Shown here piece by piece: positions 8,764 through 16,799 of a DNA stretch of 32,000 nt (positions within the stretch are counted from its first letter, which is position 1; each line of letters opens with the position of its first letter). Source of the stretch: Erysipelotrichaceae bacterium MTC7. GTDB taxonomy: Bacteria > Bacillota_I > Bacilli_A > Erysipelotrichales > Erysipelotrichaceae. The notes under the pieces are model-generated. The model ran no database searches, was not told the DNA's origin, and worked only from the letters and a program-made list of their open reading frames with translations. The position numbers were made by a program, and so were the translations under genes. The DNA lies in assembly GCA_001695645.1 (NCBI GenBank), contig LVZN01000034.1, positions 85,693 through 117,692 of the forward strand, read 5' to 3'.

Positions 8764-10182
8764 ATGTTTGATTCACTAACCAAACGCTTAAATCGTGCGT
8801 TTAAAAATATTAGTGGTAAGGGAAAACTTACCGAAAAGAACATGGATGAAATGCTTAAAGAAGTGCGCATGTCGCTACTTGAAGCAGATGTTAACTACCG
8901 TGTTGTAAAAGACTTTATTGAAACAATTAAAGAACAGGCAATTGGCCAAAAAGTATACGATGCACTTGATCCAGCCCAAATGGTATTAAAGATTGTACGT
9001 GATGAATTAACGAATTTACTAGGTACAACAACTGCTGAAATCAATTATAAAGAAGAAGGCATCACAACCATCATGATGGTTGGTTTACAAGGAACAGGGA
9101 AAACGACTGCTTCAGCGAAAATTGCAAACTTGATGGTCAAAAAACAAGATCGTAAAGTTTTGCTTGCAGCTTGTGATGTCATTCGTCCAGCAGCAATTGA
9201 GCAATTGGAAACCCTAGGTCAACAAATTGGAGTCGAAGTATATTCCGAAGGAGTTGCCGTAGATGCTTTGACAACTGCTAAAAATGCACTTGCTTATGCC
9301 AAAATGAATGGTTATGATACCGTACTATTTGATACAGCTGGTCGTCTTCATGTTGATGAAGAATTGATGAAAGAACTTGAGAAAATCAAAAAAGCGGTAA
9401 AACCGAGTGATATCTTATTAACAGTCGATGCCATGACTGGACAGGATATCGTGAATGTTGCAGAAAGTTTCAATGACAAACTTGATGTCACTGGATTGGT
9501 TCTTACAAAATTAGATGGTGATGCACGTGGTGGGGGAATCTTATCGGTTCGCGCTATTACACATGTTCCCGTTAAATTTGTTGGTACTGGAGAAAAAATT
9601 GAAGATTTAGACATTTTCCACCCAGATCGTATGGCGGAACGAATTCTAGGGATGGGGGATTTATTAACCCTACTAGAACAAGCAGAAGAAAAAATGGATA
9701 TGGACGCTGCTGAAGAAAGTTCAAAGCGCTTAATGGAAGGAAAGTTCGATTTAAACGATATGTTAATCCAACTTGAACAATTGAATAAAATGGGTTCCAT
9801 TGGAAAAATCATGAAACTTGTGCCTGGAATGGGACAAATGATGGAAAACATTGATGAAATGAAAGCCGATGACCAAATGAAACACACCAAAGCGATGATT
9901 CAATCGATGACAACATTTGAACGAGCAAACCCTGATCAAATCCGTTCATCAAGAAAACGAAGAATTGCGAATGGTAGTGGTCATAGCGTAGCTGATGTTA
10001 ACAAATTGTTGTCGCAATTTGAAAAATCGAAGAAAATGATGACAACGATGGCACGGATGGCTGGTAAAGGACAAGCACCAGATATAGCTGCTATGCAAAA
10101 CATGGCACAAGGTGGAATGCCAGCAATGCCTGGACAACCAGGAAAGAAAAAATTCGTATCGAAGTTAAAAAAACGTCGTTAA
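8764..10182 (+). CDS. ffh: Signal recognition particle protein Ffh (SRP54)
   Basis: MFDSLTKRL... starts the protein. GLQGTGKTT, DTAGR and TKLDGDARGG are the GTPase motifs. The M domain is Met-rich with a basic tail. Confidence 0.97.
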   Translation: MFDSLTKRLNRAFKNISGKGKLTEKNMDEMLKEVRMSLLEADVNYRVVKDFIETIKEQAIGQKVYDALDPAQMVLKIVRDELTNLLGTTTAEINYKEEGITTIMMVGLQGTGKTTASAKIANLMVKKQDRKVLLAACDVIRPAAIEQLETLGQQIGVEVYSEGVAVDALTTAKNALAYAKMNGYDTVLFDTAGRLHVDEELMKELEKIKKAVKPSDILLTVDAMTGQDIVNVAESFNDKLDVTGLVLTKLDGDARGGGILSVRAITHVPVKFVGTGEKIEDLDIFHPDRMAERILGMGDLLTLLEQAEEKMDMDAAEESSKRLMEGKFDLNDMLIQLEQLNKMGSIGKIMKLVPGMGQMMENIDEMKADDQMKHTKAMIQSMTTFERANPDQIRSSRKRRIANGSGHSVADVNKLLSQFEKSKKMMTTMARMAGKGQAPDIAAMQNMAQGGMPAMPGQPGKKKFVSKLKKRR

Positions 10183-10185
10183 TAT

Positions 10186-10213
10186 TTGAAAAAACTGAAA
10201 AAAAGTTTACAAT
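10186..10213 (+). promoter_or_regulatory. efp promoter
   Basis: TTGAAA (10186-10191) is followed by a 16-nt spacer and TACAAT (10208-10213). The SD AAGGAG lies downstream. Confidence 0.55.
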
Positions 10214-10235
10214 AGATAAGGAAAAAGGAGAACTT

Positions 10236-10793
10236 ATGTTACAATCAAACGAACTAAAACCAGGAATTACATTCCAACAAGATGGAAATATCTTTGTCGT
10301 ACTTGACTACTCTCATAACAAAACAGCACGTAGTGCAACAACGATTAAAGCAAAAGTCCGCAACTTACGTACAGGAGCTATTACAGAGCTATCATTTAAC
10401 TCTTCTGATAAAGTAGAACCTGCACATATCGATAAAAGAGAAATGCAATACCTTTATGATGATGGTGAAAACCTAATCTTAATGGATAACGAAAGTTATG
10501 AACAAGTAGAATTGCCTAAGAGCAATGTGGAATGGGAAATCAACTTCTTAAAAGAAAACGATAACGTTGTCATTACAATGTTTGAAAGTGAAATTCTTGG
10601 AGTTGTGTTACCAGATAAAGTTGCCTTAAAAATTGTAGAAAGTGAACCTGCAGTAAAAGGTGATACAGCAACAAATGCACAAAAAAATGCAGTGCTTGAA
10701 ACAGGATACAGCATCCGTGTTCCATTATTTATTGACCAAGATGAAATCATTCTTGTATCAACATCTGATGGAAAATATGCTGGACGTGCATAA
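10236..10793 (+). CDS. efp: Translation elongation factor P with Arg at loop-tip position 32
   Basis: 185 aa. It aligns to B. subtilis EF-P (recalled from memory) without gaps through ...RNLRTGA... and ...KGDTA.... The beta3-beta4 loop reads H27-N-K-T-A-R32-S-A. Confidence 0.95.
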   Translation: MLQSNELKPGITFQQDGNIFVVLDYSHNKTARSATTIKAKVRNLRTGAITELSFNSSDKVEPAHIDKREMQYLYDDGENLILMDNESYEQVELPKSNVEWEINFLKENDNVVITMFESEILGVVLPDKVALKIVESEPAVKGDTATNAQKNAVLETGYSIRVPLFIDQDEIILVSTSDGKYAGRA

Positions 10794-10806
10794 ATCATAA
10801 TAAATT

Positions 10807-10826
10807 GCTCCGAATGGAGCTTTTTT
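10807..10826 (+). terminator. Short rho-independent terminator after efp
   Basis: GCTCC-GAAT-GGAGC forms a 5-bp stem followed by T6. Confidence 0.55.
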
Positions 10827-10858
10827 ATTGAATATCGGTATGCATGGATTTTGTATTT

Positions 10859-10867
10859 TGGTATAAT
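10859..10867 (+). promoter_or_regulatory. Extended -10 promoter element
   Basis: TGgTATAAT lies at 10859-10867. The implied transcription start is about 10874, which argues against ATG 10876 and for ATG 10891. Confidence 0.5.
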
Positions 10868-10890
10868 AGGAAAGTATGGAGGATTTGGAT

Positions 10891-11739
10891 ATGAGTGAAA
10901 ATTCAAGAGTAAAAAAATACGAGGCACTACGTCAAACCTTAAATCAAACCCAAGATGATGAACAAGCTGTACAACAAGCGTTGCAACAGTTGCATAAACA
11001 AGATGATGAAGTGAAAACACCAACACATCAAAAACGTACATCGAACTATGATCATACAGAAACAACTGGAGAATTCAAAAATGAATACTTAGATGATTTC
11101 TTGCAAGAAGTTCGTGATTACAATATGAAAAAAGGGGTTCGTGAAAACGAAGATACACGACTTGATATCTTACAACAACTATCAAGTAAACAACGCCAAA
11201 AACGCGCATCATACCTTGATCAAGAAGAGGTGCAAACACCAATTCATGAAGCAAGTGGTGTTGTCGAAAATGCCAATGTTTATACAAGTAATGACGTACC
11301 TGAAGTGAATATGCATATGGACGAAGTGGACCGTATGTCAATGACGCAAGAAATTGCACGACAAGTTCAAGATTTGATTCACCAAGAAGCAGTTGAACCA
11401 ATCGCTGAACCTGTGGTTGAAAGTGAACAACCAACCACTGCTGAACCGATCATTGAACAAACCGTTGTAATGCCAAAAATGGAAGAAGAGGGGCATCAAG
11501 AAACGACACAGGACGTTATTGATGAAGATGATCAAGATACATCAAATTACAATGAATTGCTTGATCAAACCCTTCAATTAAAAACAAAATTGCATGAACA
11601 AGAAGAAGAAATTCACACATTAAATGACGGAGTGGATAAAAACAACCGTCTTTTGAATATTATCATTGCTGTATTAATTGTATTGCTCTTAGCAGTCGTT
11701 GTTACCGTTGTATACTGGTTAATGAACATTCAAATGTAA
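10891..11739 (+). CDS. Hypothetical acidic, Q/E-rich protein with a single C-terminal TM anchor
   Basis: GGAGG at 10878-10882 lies 8 nt before ATG 10891. The sequence is low-complexity and acidic, with short AEP(I/V) repeats. It ends in LLNIIIAVLIVLLLAVVVTVVYWLM. I recognise no family. Confidence 0.6.
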   Translation: MSENSRVKKYEALRQTLNQTQDDEQAVQQALQQLHKQDDEVKTPTHQKRTSNYDHTETTGEFKNEYLDDFLQEVRDYNMKKGVRENEDTRLDILQQLSSKQRQKRASYLDQEEVQTPIHEASGVVENANVYTSNDVPEVNMHMDEVDRMSMTQEIARQVQDLIHQEAVEPIAEPVVESEQPTTAEPIIEQTVVMPKMEEEGHQETTQDVIDEDDQDTSNYNELLDQTLQLKTKLHEQEEEIHTLNDGVDKNNRLLNIIIAVLIVLLLAVVVTVVYWLMNIQM

Positions 11740-11754
11740 GAGAGGAGTTTTATT

Positions 11755-12420
11755 ATGATTAACATAGCGATTGATGGACCTAGCGCTGCCGGAAAAAGCA
11801 CAATCGCAAAACTGTTGGCCAAACAGTTGGGTTATGTACACATTGACACAGGAGCGATGTATCGCTGTTGTGCCTACCAAAGTTTACGCAACCACATTGA
11901 ACTAACGGATTTACAGGGTTTAGAGGATATGTTAAACCATATGGAAGTCTCATTTGATAAAGATGGAAATGTATTTATCAATGATGAAGATGTTTCGAAA
12001 AGTATCCGTACCAATGAAATTAGCATGCGCACAAGCAGCATTGCTAAAATATTACTTGTACGTGAAAAAATGGTCGCAAAACAAAGAGAAATGGCCAAAG
12101 CTAAAGGCTTTATTCTAGATGGTCGCGATATTGGAACTGTTGTTTTACCAGATGCCGAAGTAAAAATCTTCATGGTTGCATCAGTTGAAGCAAGAGCCAA
12201 ACGTCGATATGAAGAATACAAGCAACAAGGAGTTGATATCTCATATGAAAGTATCGCAAGCGATATTGAACAACGAGACTATCAAGATATGAATCGTGAG
12301 ACATCACCGCTTAAAAAAGCAAGTGATGCTATAGAAATTGACACCTCATTACTAAACATTGAACAAGTTGTAAATAAGGTATTATCAATTATTCAAAAGA
12401 AAGAGAAACAAGATGATTAG
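11755..12420 (+). CDS. cmk: Cytidylate kinase
   Basis: [16 protein letters not shown] is the P-loop. DTGAMYR and [11 protein letters not shown] are also present. The SD is GAGAGGAG. Confidence 0.95.
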   Translation: MINIAIDGPSAAGKSTIAKLLAKQLGYVHIDTGAMYRCCAYQSLRNHIELTDLQGLEDMLNHMEVSFDKDGNVFINDEDVSKSIRTNEISMRTSSIAKILLVREKMVAKQREMAKAKGFILDGRDIGTVVLPDAEVKIFMVASVEARAKRRYEEYKQQGVDISYESIASDIEQRDYQDMNRETSPLKKASDAIEIDTSLLNIEQVVNKVLSIIQKKEKQDD

Positions 12421-13717
12421 TGGAATAACAGCAATTGTTGGACGTCCAAATGTTGGAAAATCAACCATCTTTAACCGAATGATCGGGGAACGTAAATCCA
12501 TCGTTGAAGATACACCAGGAGTCACAAGAGACCGTGTGTATGCAAAAGCAGAATGGTTAACCAAAGAATTTCGGATTATTGATACTGGTGGAATCCAACT
12601 GGATAACCAGCCGTTTAAAGAAGAAATCCAAATGCAAGTTGATATCGCCTTAGAAGAAGCCGATTCGATTGTATTTGTCGTAAGTGGAGTCGATGGTGTC
12701 ACAAAAGATGACGAATACATCGCTTCCTTATTAAGGAAAACAAAAAAACCAGTCATCCTAGCAGTAAATAAAATTGATGATACGCAACTACAAGCGAACA
12801 TTTATGAGTTTTATGCATTAGGTATGGGGGATCCCATCGCTGTCAGTGGTGTGCATGGAATTGGGATTGGTGATGTGTTAGATCGCATTATTGAATCCTT
12901 TGAAAACGTAGAACGTAAAGACTACGATGAAATGACAAAGTTTTGTATCATCGGTCGTCCAAATGTTGGGAAATCAAGTTTGGTCAATGCCATTTTAAAT
13001 CAAGAGAGAGTCATTGTTTCTGATATTGAAGGAACCACTCGTGACGCTGTCGATACGCCATTTAAAGTGAATGGAAAAGACTATGTCGTAATTGACACTG
13101 CGGGAATTCGTAAACGTGGTAAAATCTATGAAAACATTGAAAAGTATTCGATTTTACGTGCGATGGCTGCCATTGAACGCAGTGATGTTGTCCTTGTCGT
13201 ACTTGATGGTGAGGCTGGTATTCGTGAACAAGATAAACACGTTGCCGGATATGCACATGAAGCAGGGAAGGGTGTCATCATTGTTTACAACAAGTGGGAT
13301 ACGGTCGATAAAGATGAAAAAACCATGAACAAGGTTACGGAAAAAATCCGTGAAGAGTTCAAGTATTTAGATTATGCACCAATCGCTTTTGTTAGTGCAT
13401 TAAACAAAAGTCGTATTCAAACCTTAATTCCATTGATTGATGAAGTACATGATTATTCAACACTTCGTCTACCGACCAATGTCGTTAATGAGGTCATCTT
13501 GGATGCGCAACTGGTTACACCACCACCGACGCACAATGGATTACGTTTGCGTATCTATTATGCAAGTCAGGTAAGTGTAAGTCCACCAACCTTTGTATTA
13601 TTTGTAAATAACCCGGAATTATTACACTTTTCATACAAAAGATTCTTGGAGAACCGTTTACGGGATGCGTTTAACTTTACAGGAACAACCATCCATATCA
13701 ATGCACGTGCAAGATAA
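12413..13717 (+). CDS. der: Ribosome biogenesis GTPase Der (EngA)
   Basis: Two tandem GTPase domains are present (GRPNVGKST...DTGG...NKID and GRPNVGKSS...DTAG...NKWD), followed by a KH-like C-terminus. The start overlaps cmk by 8 nt. Confidence 0.96.
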   Translation: MISGITAIVGRPNVGKSTIFNRMIGERKSIVEDTPGVTRDRVYAKAEWLTKEFRIIDTGGIQLDNQPFKEEIQMQVDIALEEADSIVFVVSGVDGVTKDDEYIASLLRKTKKPVILAVNKIDDTQLQANIYEFYALGMGDPIAVSGVHGIGIGDVLDRIIESFENVERKDYDEMTKFCIIGRPNVGKSSLVNAILNQERVIVSDIEGTTRDAVDTPFKVNGKDYVVIDTAGIRKRGKIYENIEKYSILRAMAAIERSDVVLVVLDGEAGIREQDKHVAGYAHEAGKGVIIVYNKWDTVDKDEKTMNKVTEKIREEFKYLDYAPIAFVSALNKSRIQTLIPLIDEVHDYSTLRLPTNVVNEVILDAQLVTPPPTHNGLRLRIYYASQVSVSPPTFVLFVNNPELLHFSYKRFLENRLRDAFNFTGTTIHINARAR

Positions 13718-13755
13718 CATCTTGTGGATAGCATGAGAACATTCATGGAGGAATT

Positions 13756-14748
13756 ATGAAAGTAACAATTATTGGAAGTGGTTCGTGGGGAACTGGGCTA
13801 GCGCAAGTGTTAGCCGACAACAACGTCGATGTCACAATATGGGGAATTGATGAAGCGCAAATCAGTGATATTGCAATACATCATGTCAACTCGACATTTT
13901 TTCCAGGAGTTCAATTGAACCCTGCAATCAAAGCAACAACAGATATAGCAACCGTCACTGGAAGTGATATTGTCTTATTAAGTGTACCAACAATCGCCAT
14001 TCAAGCCGTGTGTGAACAAGTTACACCATACTTGGATCGTAAAGCGATTTTTGTTAATACATCGAAAGGTTTTCATCCAGACACCAATGCACGAATGAGT
14101 GATGTAATTCGCTCGACCGTACCTGCGGATAAACTAAGCAGCGTCGTATCACTCATTGGTCCAAGCCATGCAGAAGAAGTCGTAGAACGTTTATTAACGA
14201 CAATTACTGCTGTTTCGCAAAATCAAACAGATGCAAAAACCATTCAACGTGTATTCTCAAACGATTATTTCCGTGTATATACGGGAAATGATGAAGTCGG
14301 AGCGGAACTTGGTGTCGCACTGAAAAACGCAATTGCCGTCGCTAGTGGAATTTTAGCCGGACTTGGTTATGGAGACAACACACGTGCTGCTCTAATTACT
14401 AGAGGAATCGCAGAAGTCATGCGCTTTGGTACAGCTTACGGCGGTAAAAAAGAAACCTTTATGGGACTTACCGGAATTGGTGATTTAATTGTGACTGCTA
14501 CAAGTAAACACTCACGTAACTTCCAAGCTGGATATGAAATTGGTAAAGCAAACGATGCACAAATCTACTGGGATACTAACAAGAAAACCGTAGAGGGTGT
14601 GCGTACAGCTAAAGTTGTACATGAACTTGCAAAAGCCAAGAATATCGACATGCCAATCATTGAAGAAGTATTCAAAGTTCTTTACGAGAAAAAAGAACCT
14701 AAACAAAGTGCCAAGGATTTAATGTTACGAGAACTTAAATCAGAATAA
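13756..14748 (+). CDS. gpsA: NAD(P)H-dependent glycerol-3-phosphate dehydrogenase
   Basis: IIGSGSWGTGLA is the Rossmann motif. NDEVGAELGVALKN and TRGIAEM-type motifs are present. The position after der matches B. subtilis. Confidence 0.95.
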   Translation: MKVTIIGSGSWGTGLAQVLADNNVDVTIWGIDEAQISDIAIHHVNSTFFPGVQLNPAIKATTDIATVTGSDIVLLSVPTIAIQAVCEQVTPYLDRKAIFVNTSKGFHPDTNARMSDVIRSTVPADKLSSVVSLIGPSHAEEVVERLLTTITAVSQNQTDAKTIQRVFSNDYFRVYTGNDEVGAELGVALKNAIAVASGILAGLGYGDNTRAALITRGIAEVMRFGTAYGGKKETFMGLTGIGDLIVTATSKHSRNFQAGYEIGKANDAQIYWDTNKKTVEGVRTAKVVHELAKAKNIDMPIIEEVFKVLYEKKEPKQSAKDLMLRELKSE

Positions 14749-14752
14749 GCCT

Positions 14753-15472
14753 ATGGAAAATCAATTTATCAGAAGCGAAATGCTATTAACTGAAAATGGA
14801 ATCAAAACCCTACAAAACAGCCATGTGGCTGTTTTTGGCGTTGGGGGAGTTGGTGGACACTGTATTGAAACACTGGTTCGCTCTGGTGTAAAAGAAGTCA
14901 GTATCATCGATAACGATACCATTTCACTTAGCAATCTGAATCGTCAACTAGTTGCTTTACATTCCACACTTGGTCAAAGTAAAGTCGAGACGATGAAAGC
15001 ACGACTATTGGATATCAATCCTGATGTAATCGTACACACTTATGAAGTCTTTGTGTTACAAGACACCATTCAGCAAATCAACCTAGATCGCGTGAATTAT
15101 ATCATCGACTGCATTGATACCATGGTCGCTAAAATCCTTTTAATCGAGCTCGCAAAAAAGCGAAACATCCCCATTATTTGTTCAATGGGAACAGGCAACA
15201 AACTTGATCCAACCAAATTGCAAATTGGAGATATAGCAAAAACGACATATGACCCTGTGGCAAAGGTTTTACGCAGGGAATTAAAGGTAAGAAACATCCG
15301 CAAAGTCGAGGTTCTTTGGTCAACAGAACAGCCGATAAAACCGACAATTCCTTGGGAAGATAACCCCAATATCGCAAAGCGAAATGTGCCTGGCAGTGTC
15401 GCATTTATGCCAAATATTGCTGGAATTATGCTTGCAGGACACGTAATTTTGAAAATAATTGGCAAAAAGTAA
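14753..15472 (+). CDS. tcdA: ThiF/HesA-family E1-like enzyme, tRNA threonylcarbamoyladenosine dehydratase (TcdA/CsdL-like)
   Basis: VAVFGVGGVGGHCIETLVRSGV...IDNDTISLSNLNRQ matches the family. 239 aa. Confidence 0.8.
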   Translation: MENQFIRSEMLLTENGIKTLQNSHVAVFGVGGVGGHCIETLVRSGVKEVSIIDNDTISLSNLNRQLVALHSTLGQSKVETMKARLLDINPDVIVHTYEVFVLQDTIQQINLDRVNYIIDCIDTMVAKILLIELAKKRNIPIICSMGTGNKLDPTKLQIGDIAKTTYDPVAKVLRRELKVRNIRKVEVLWSTEQPIKPTIPWEDNPNIAKRNVPGSVAFMPNIAGIMLAGHVILKIIGKK

Positions 15473-15513
15473 GTATTTATCGTGTTTTTTTGCATTTTCG
15501 ACATGTGTTTGCC

Positions 15514-15542
15514 TTGTCTTGTGTTTTTATATAGCATATAAT
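15514..15542 (+). promoter_or_regulatory. hup promoter
   Basis: TTGTCT (15514-15519) is followed by a 17-nt spacer and TATAAT (15537-15542). The SD GGAGG lies downstream. Confidence 0.6.
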
Positions 15543-15569
15543 TAACCTAGATGTTCGGAGGTATAAGAT

Positions 15570-15851
15570 ATGGAAACATTAAACAAGAAAGCATTAGCTG
15601 AAACATTAGCAGAAACAATTGGAATTACTAAGAAAGATGCAACTACAGCTGTTGAAACAGTATTCGCTGAAATCACAAAAACAGTTGCTGAAGGTGGTAA
15701 AGTTGATATTTCTGGATTCGGAAAATTTGAAGTAGTTGAAAGAGCTGCACGTCAAGGTGTAAACCCTGCAACTGGTGAAAAATTAACAATCGCTGCATCA
15801 AAAGCACCTAAATTCAAAGCTTCAAAAGCATTAAAAGAAGCAGTTAAGTAA
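15570..15851 (+). CDS. hup: DNA-binding protein HU
   Basis: 93 aa. MNKKALAE..., GFGKFEVVERAARQGVNPATGE and KAPKFKASKALK are classic HU sequence. Confidence 0.95.
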   Translation: METLNKKALAETLAETIGITKKDATTAVETVFAEITKTVAEGGKVDISGFGKFEVVERAARQGVNPATGEKLTIAASKAPKFKASKALKEAVK

Positions 15852-15862
15852 TGTCGTATAAG

Positions 15863-15888
15863 AAGAAGCCATTGTGCTTCTTTTTTTT
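15863..15888 (+). terminator. Rho-independent terminator after hup
   Basis: AAGAAGC-CATTGT-GCTTCTT forms the stem and a T-run extends to 15888. Confidence 0.75.
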
Positions 15889-15939
15889 CGGTTTCAAGTT
15901 ATGATATGATGGAAGTAACAAATATAGGGGAATACACAT

Positions 15940-16470
15940 ATGGCTAGACCAAAAACAAAATTAGAATTACTTGAACAAGCAACAACCCAATTCGATAAGT
16001 TGGAAGACATGATTAAGCAAATGACGCCACAGCAACAAGAAGCCAACTTCACGTATGATATCACAGGTAAAAAAGAAGCCCATTGGGCACGTGATAAAAA
16101 TTTAAGAGATGTATTGATTCATCTTTATGAATGGCAACAATTGTTACTACACTGGTTAAAACGCAACTTAGATGATGGGGAACAGACACCCTTTTTACCG
16201 GCTCCTTACAAATGGAGTTCGTACGGTGATATGAATGTCATGTTTTGGGAAAAACACCAACAAACAAGCTTAGAGGAAGCCAAAACATTATTAAGGCAAT
16301 CACATAAGACGGTGATGGATGTTATTGCATCATTATCAGAAGATATCTTATTTACCAAAGCAAAATATCCTTGGGTTGGAACAAGCAATATTGCAAGTTA
16401 TTGTATTTCTGCAACTTGCGCACATTACACCTGGGCAATCAAAAAGTTAAAACTAGCAATGAAAGGATAA
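15940..16470 (+). CDS. ClbS/DfsB-family four-helix-bundle protein (DUF1706)
   Basis: 176 aa. KTELLE...EAHWARDKNLRDVLIHLYEWQQLLLHWL...PYKWSSYGDMNVMFWEKHQ...SATCAHYTWAIKKLK matches the ClbS/DfsB pattern as I remember it. Confidence 0.8.
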   Translation: MARPKTKLELLEQATTQFDKLEDMIKQMTPQQQEANFTYDITGKKEAHWARDKNLRDVLIHLYEWQQLLLHWLKRNLDDGEQTPFLPAPYKWSSYGDMNVMFWEKHQQTSLEEAKTLLRQSHKTVMDVIASLSEDILFTKAKYPWVGTSNIASYCISATCAHYTWAIKKLKLAMKG

Positions 16471-16477
16471 AAAATTA

Positions 16478-16705
16478 GTGATTTCATATCTCGTGATCGT
16501 TATTGTTTTCTCAGTAACTTTTGCAATTGGGGTATTTGAAAATCCAAATTTTAACATACAGGACTTCTGTATGAATCTAGCTTTAGAGTTCTTGGGATTA
16601 CTTTTAACCATAACTGTCATTGAAATCTATATCAACGCAAGAAAAGAACAAAGAGAGACAAAGAAACAAACAACAAAACAGAAATATCAAAAACCCTCAC
16701 TATGA
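16478..16705 (+). CDS. Possible small membrane protein (2 TM helices plus a basic K/Q-rich tail)
   Basis: The start is GTG, 8 nt after the clbS-like stop, and the SD is weak. Hydrophobic segments ISYLVIVIVFSVTFAIGVF and LEFLGLLLTITVIEIYI are present. The 3' end runs into the hairpin at 16694-16719. Coding status is uncertain. Confidence 0.4.
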   Translation: MISYLVIVIVFSVTFAIGVFENPNFNIQDFCMNLALEFLGLLLTITVIEIYINARKEQRETKKQTTKQKYQKPSL

Positions 16706-16719
16706 ACAAATAGTGGGGG
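16689..16719 (-). terminator. Hairpin terminator, best oriented for the minus-strand (DUF2087 gene) transcript
   Basis: CCCTCACTAT-GAACAA-ATAGTGGGGG forms a 10-bp stem with one G-U pair. T5 follows on the minus strand (A-run at 16689-16693). On the plus strand only a poor U-tract follows. Confidence 0.5.
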
Positions 16720-16754
16720 TTAACTGTCTATTTATGCGTATTTATGGATATAGT

Positions 16755-16782
16755 ACTTCGCATAATGTGTATTATGTAATAT
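16755..16782 (+). other. dif: Candidate chromosome dimer resolution site dif (XerC arm, 6-bp core, XerD arm)
   Basis: The site reads ACTTCGCATAA TGTGTA TTATGTAATAT. From memory, E. coli dif is GGTGCGCATAA TGTATA TTATGTTAAAT and B. subtilis dif is ACTTCCTAGAA TATATA TTATGTAAACT, giving about 21 of 28 matches to each. The conserved inner CATAA / TTATG half-site cores are present, and the left arm starts ACTTC like B. subtilis. It sits exactly at the convergent gene-orientation switch. Confidence 0.75.
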
Positions 16783-16799
16783 TTAGATATATGAATTTA

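Noticed and set aside
9348-9890. 180-aa ORF on the minus strand inside ffh. Similar antisense ORFs occur at 344-586, 3629-3853, 4554-4919, 5832-6017, 6251-6469, 7899-8210, 8065-8427, 11075-11535, 11874-12221, 12385-12801, 13062-13256, 15097-15537 and 16206-16388.
   Set aside because: All lie antisense to confidently identified conserved genes. Their composition is low-complexity and Ser/Ile/Phe-rich, typical of shadow frames in AT-rich DNA. None has an SD or promoter.
10496-11065. 189-aa minus-strand ORF spanning the efp 3' end, the efp terminator and the start of the acidic ORF.
   Set aside because: It crosses a terminator and a promoter and overlaps two better-supported + strand genes. I recognise no motif in it.
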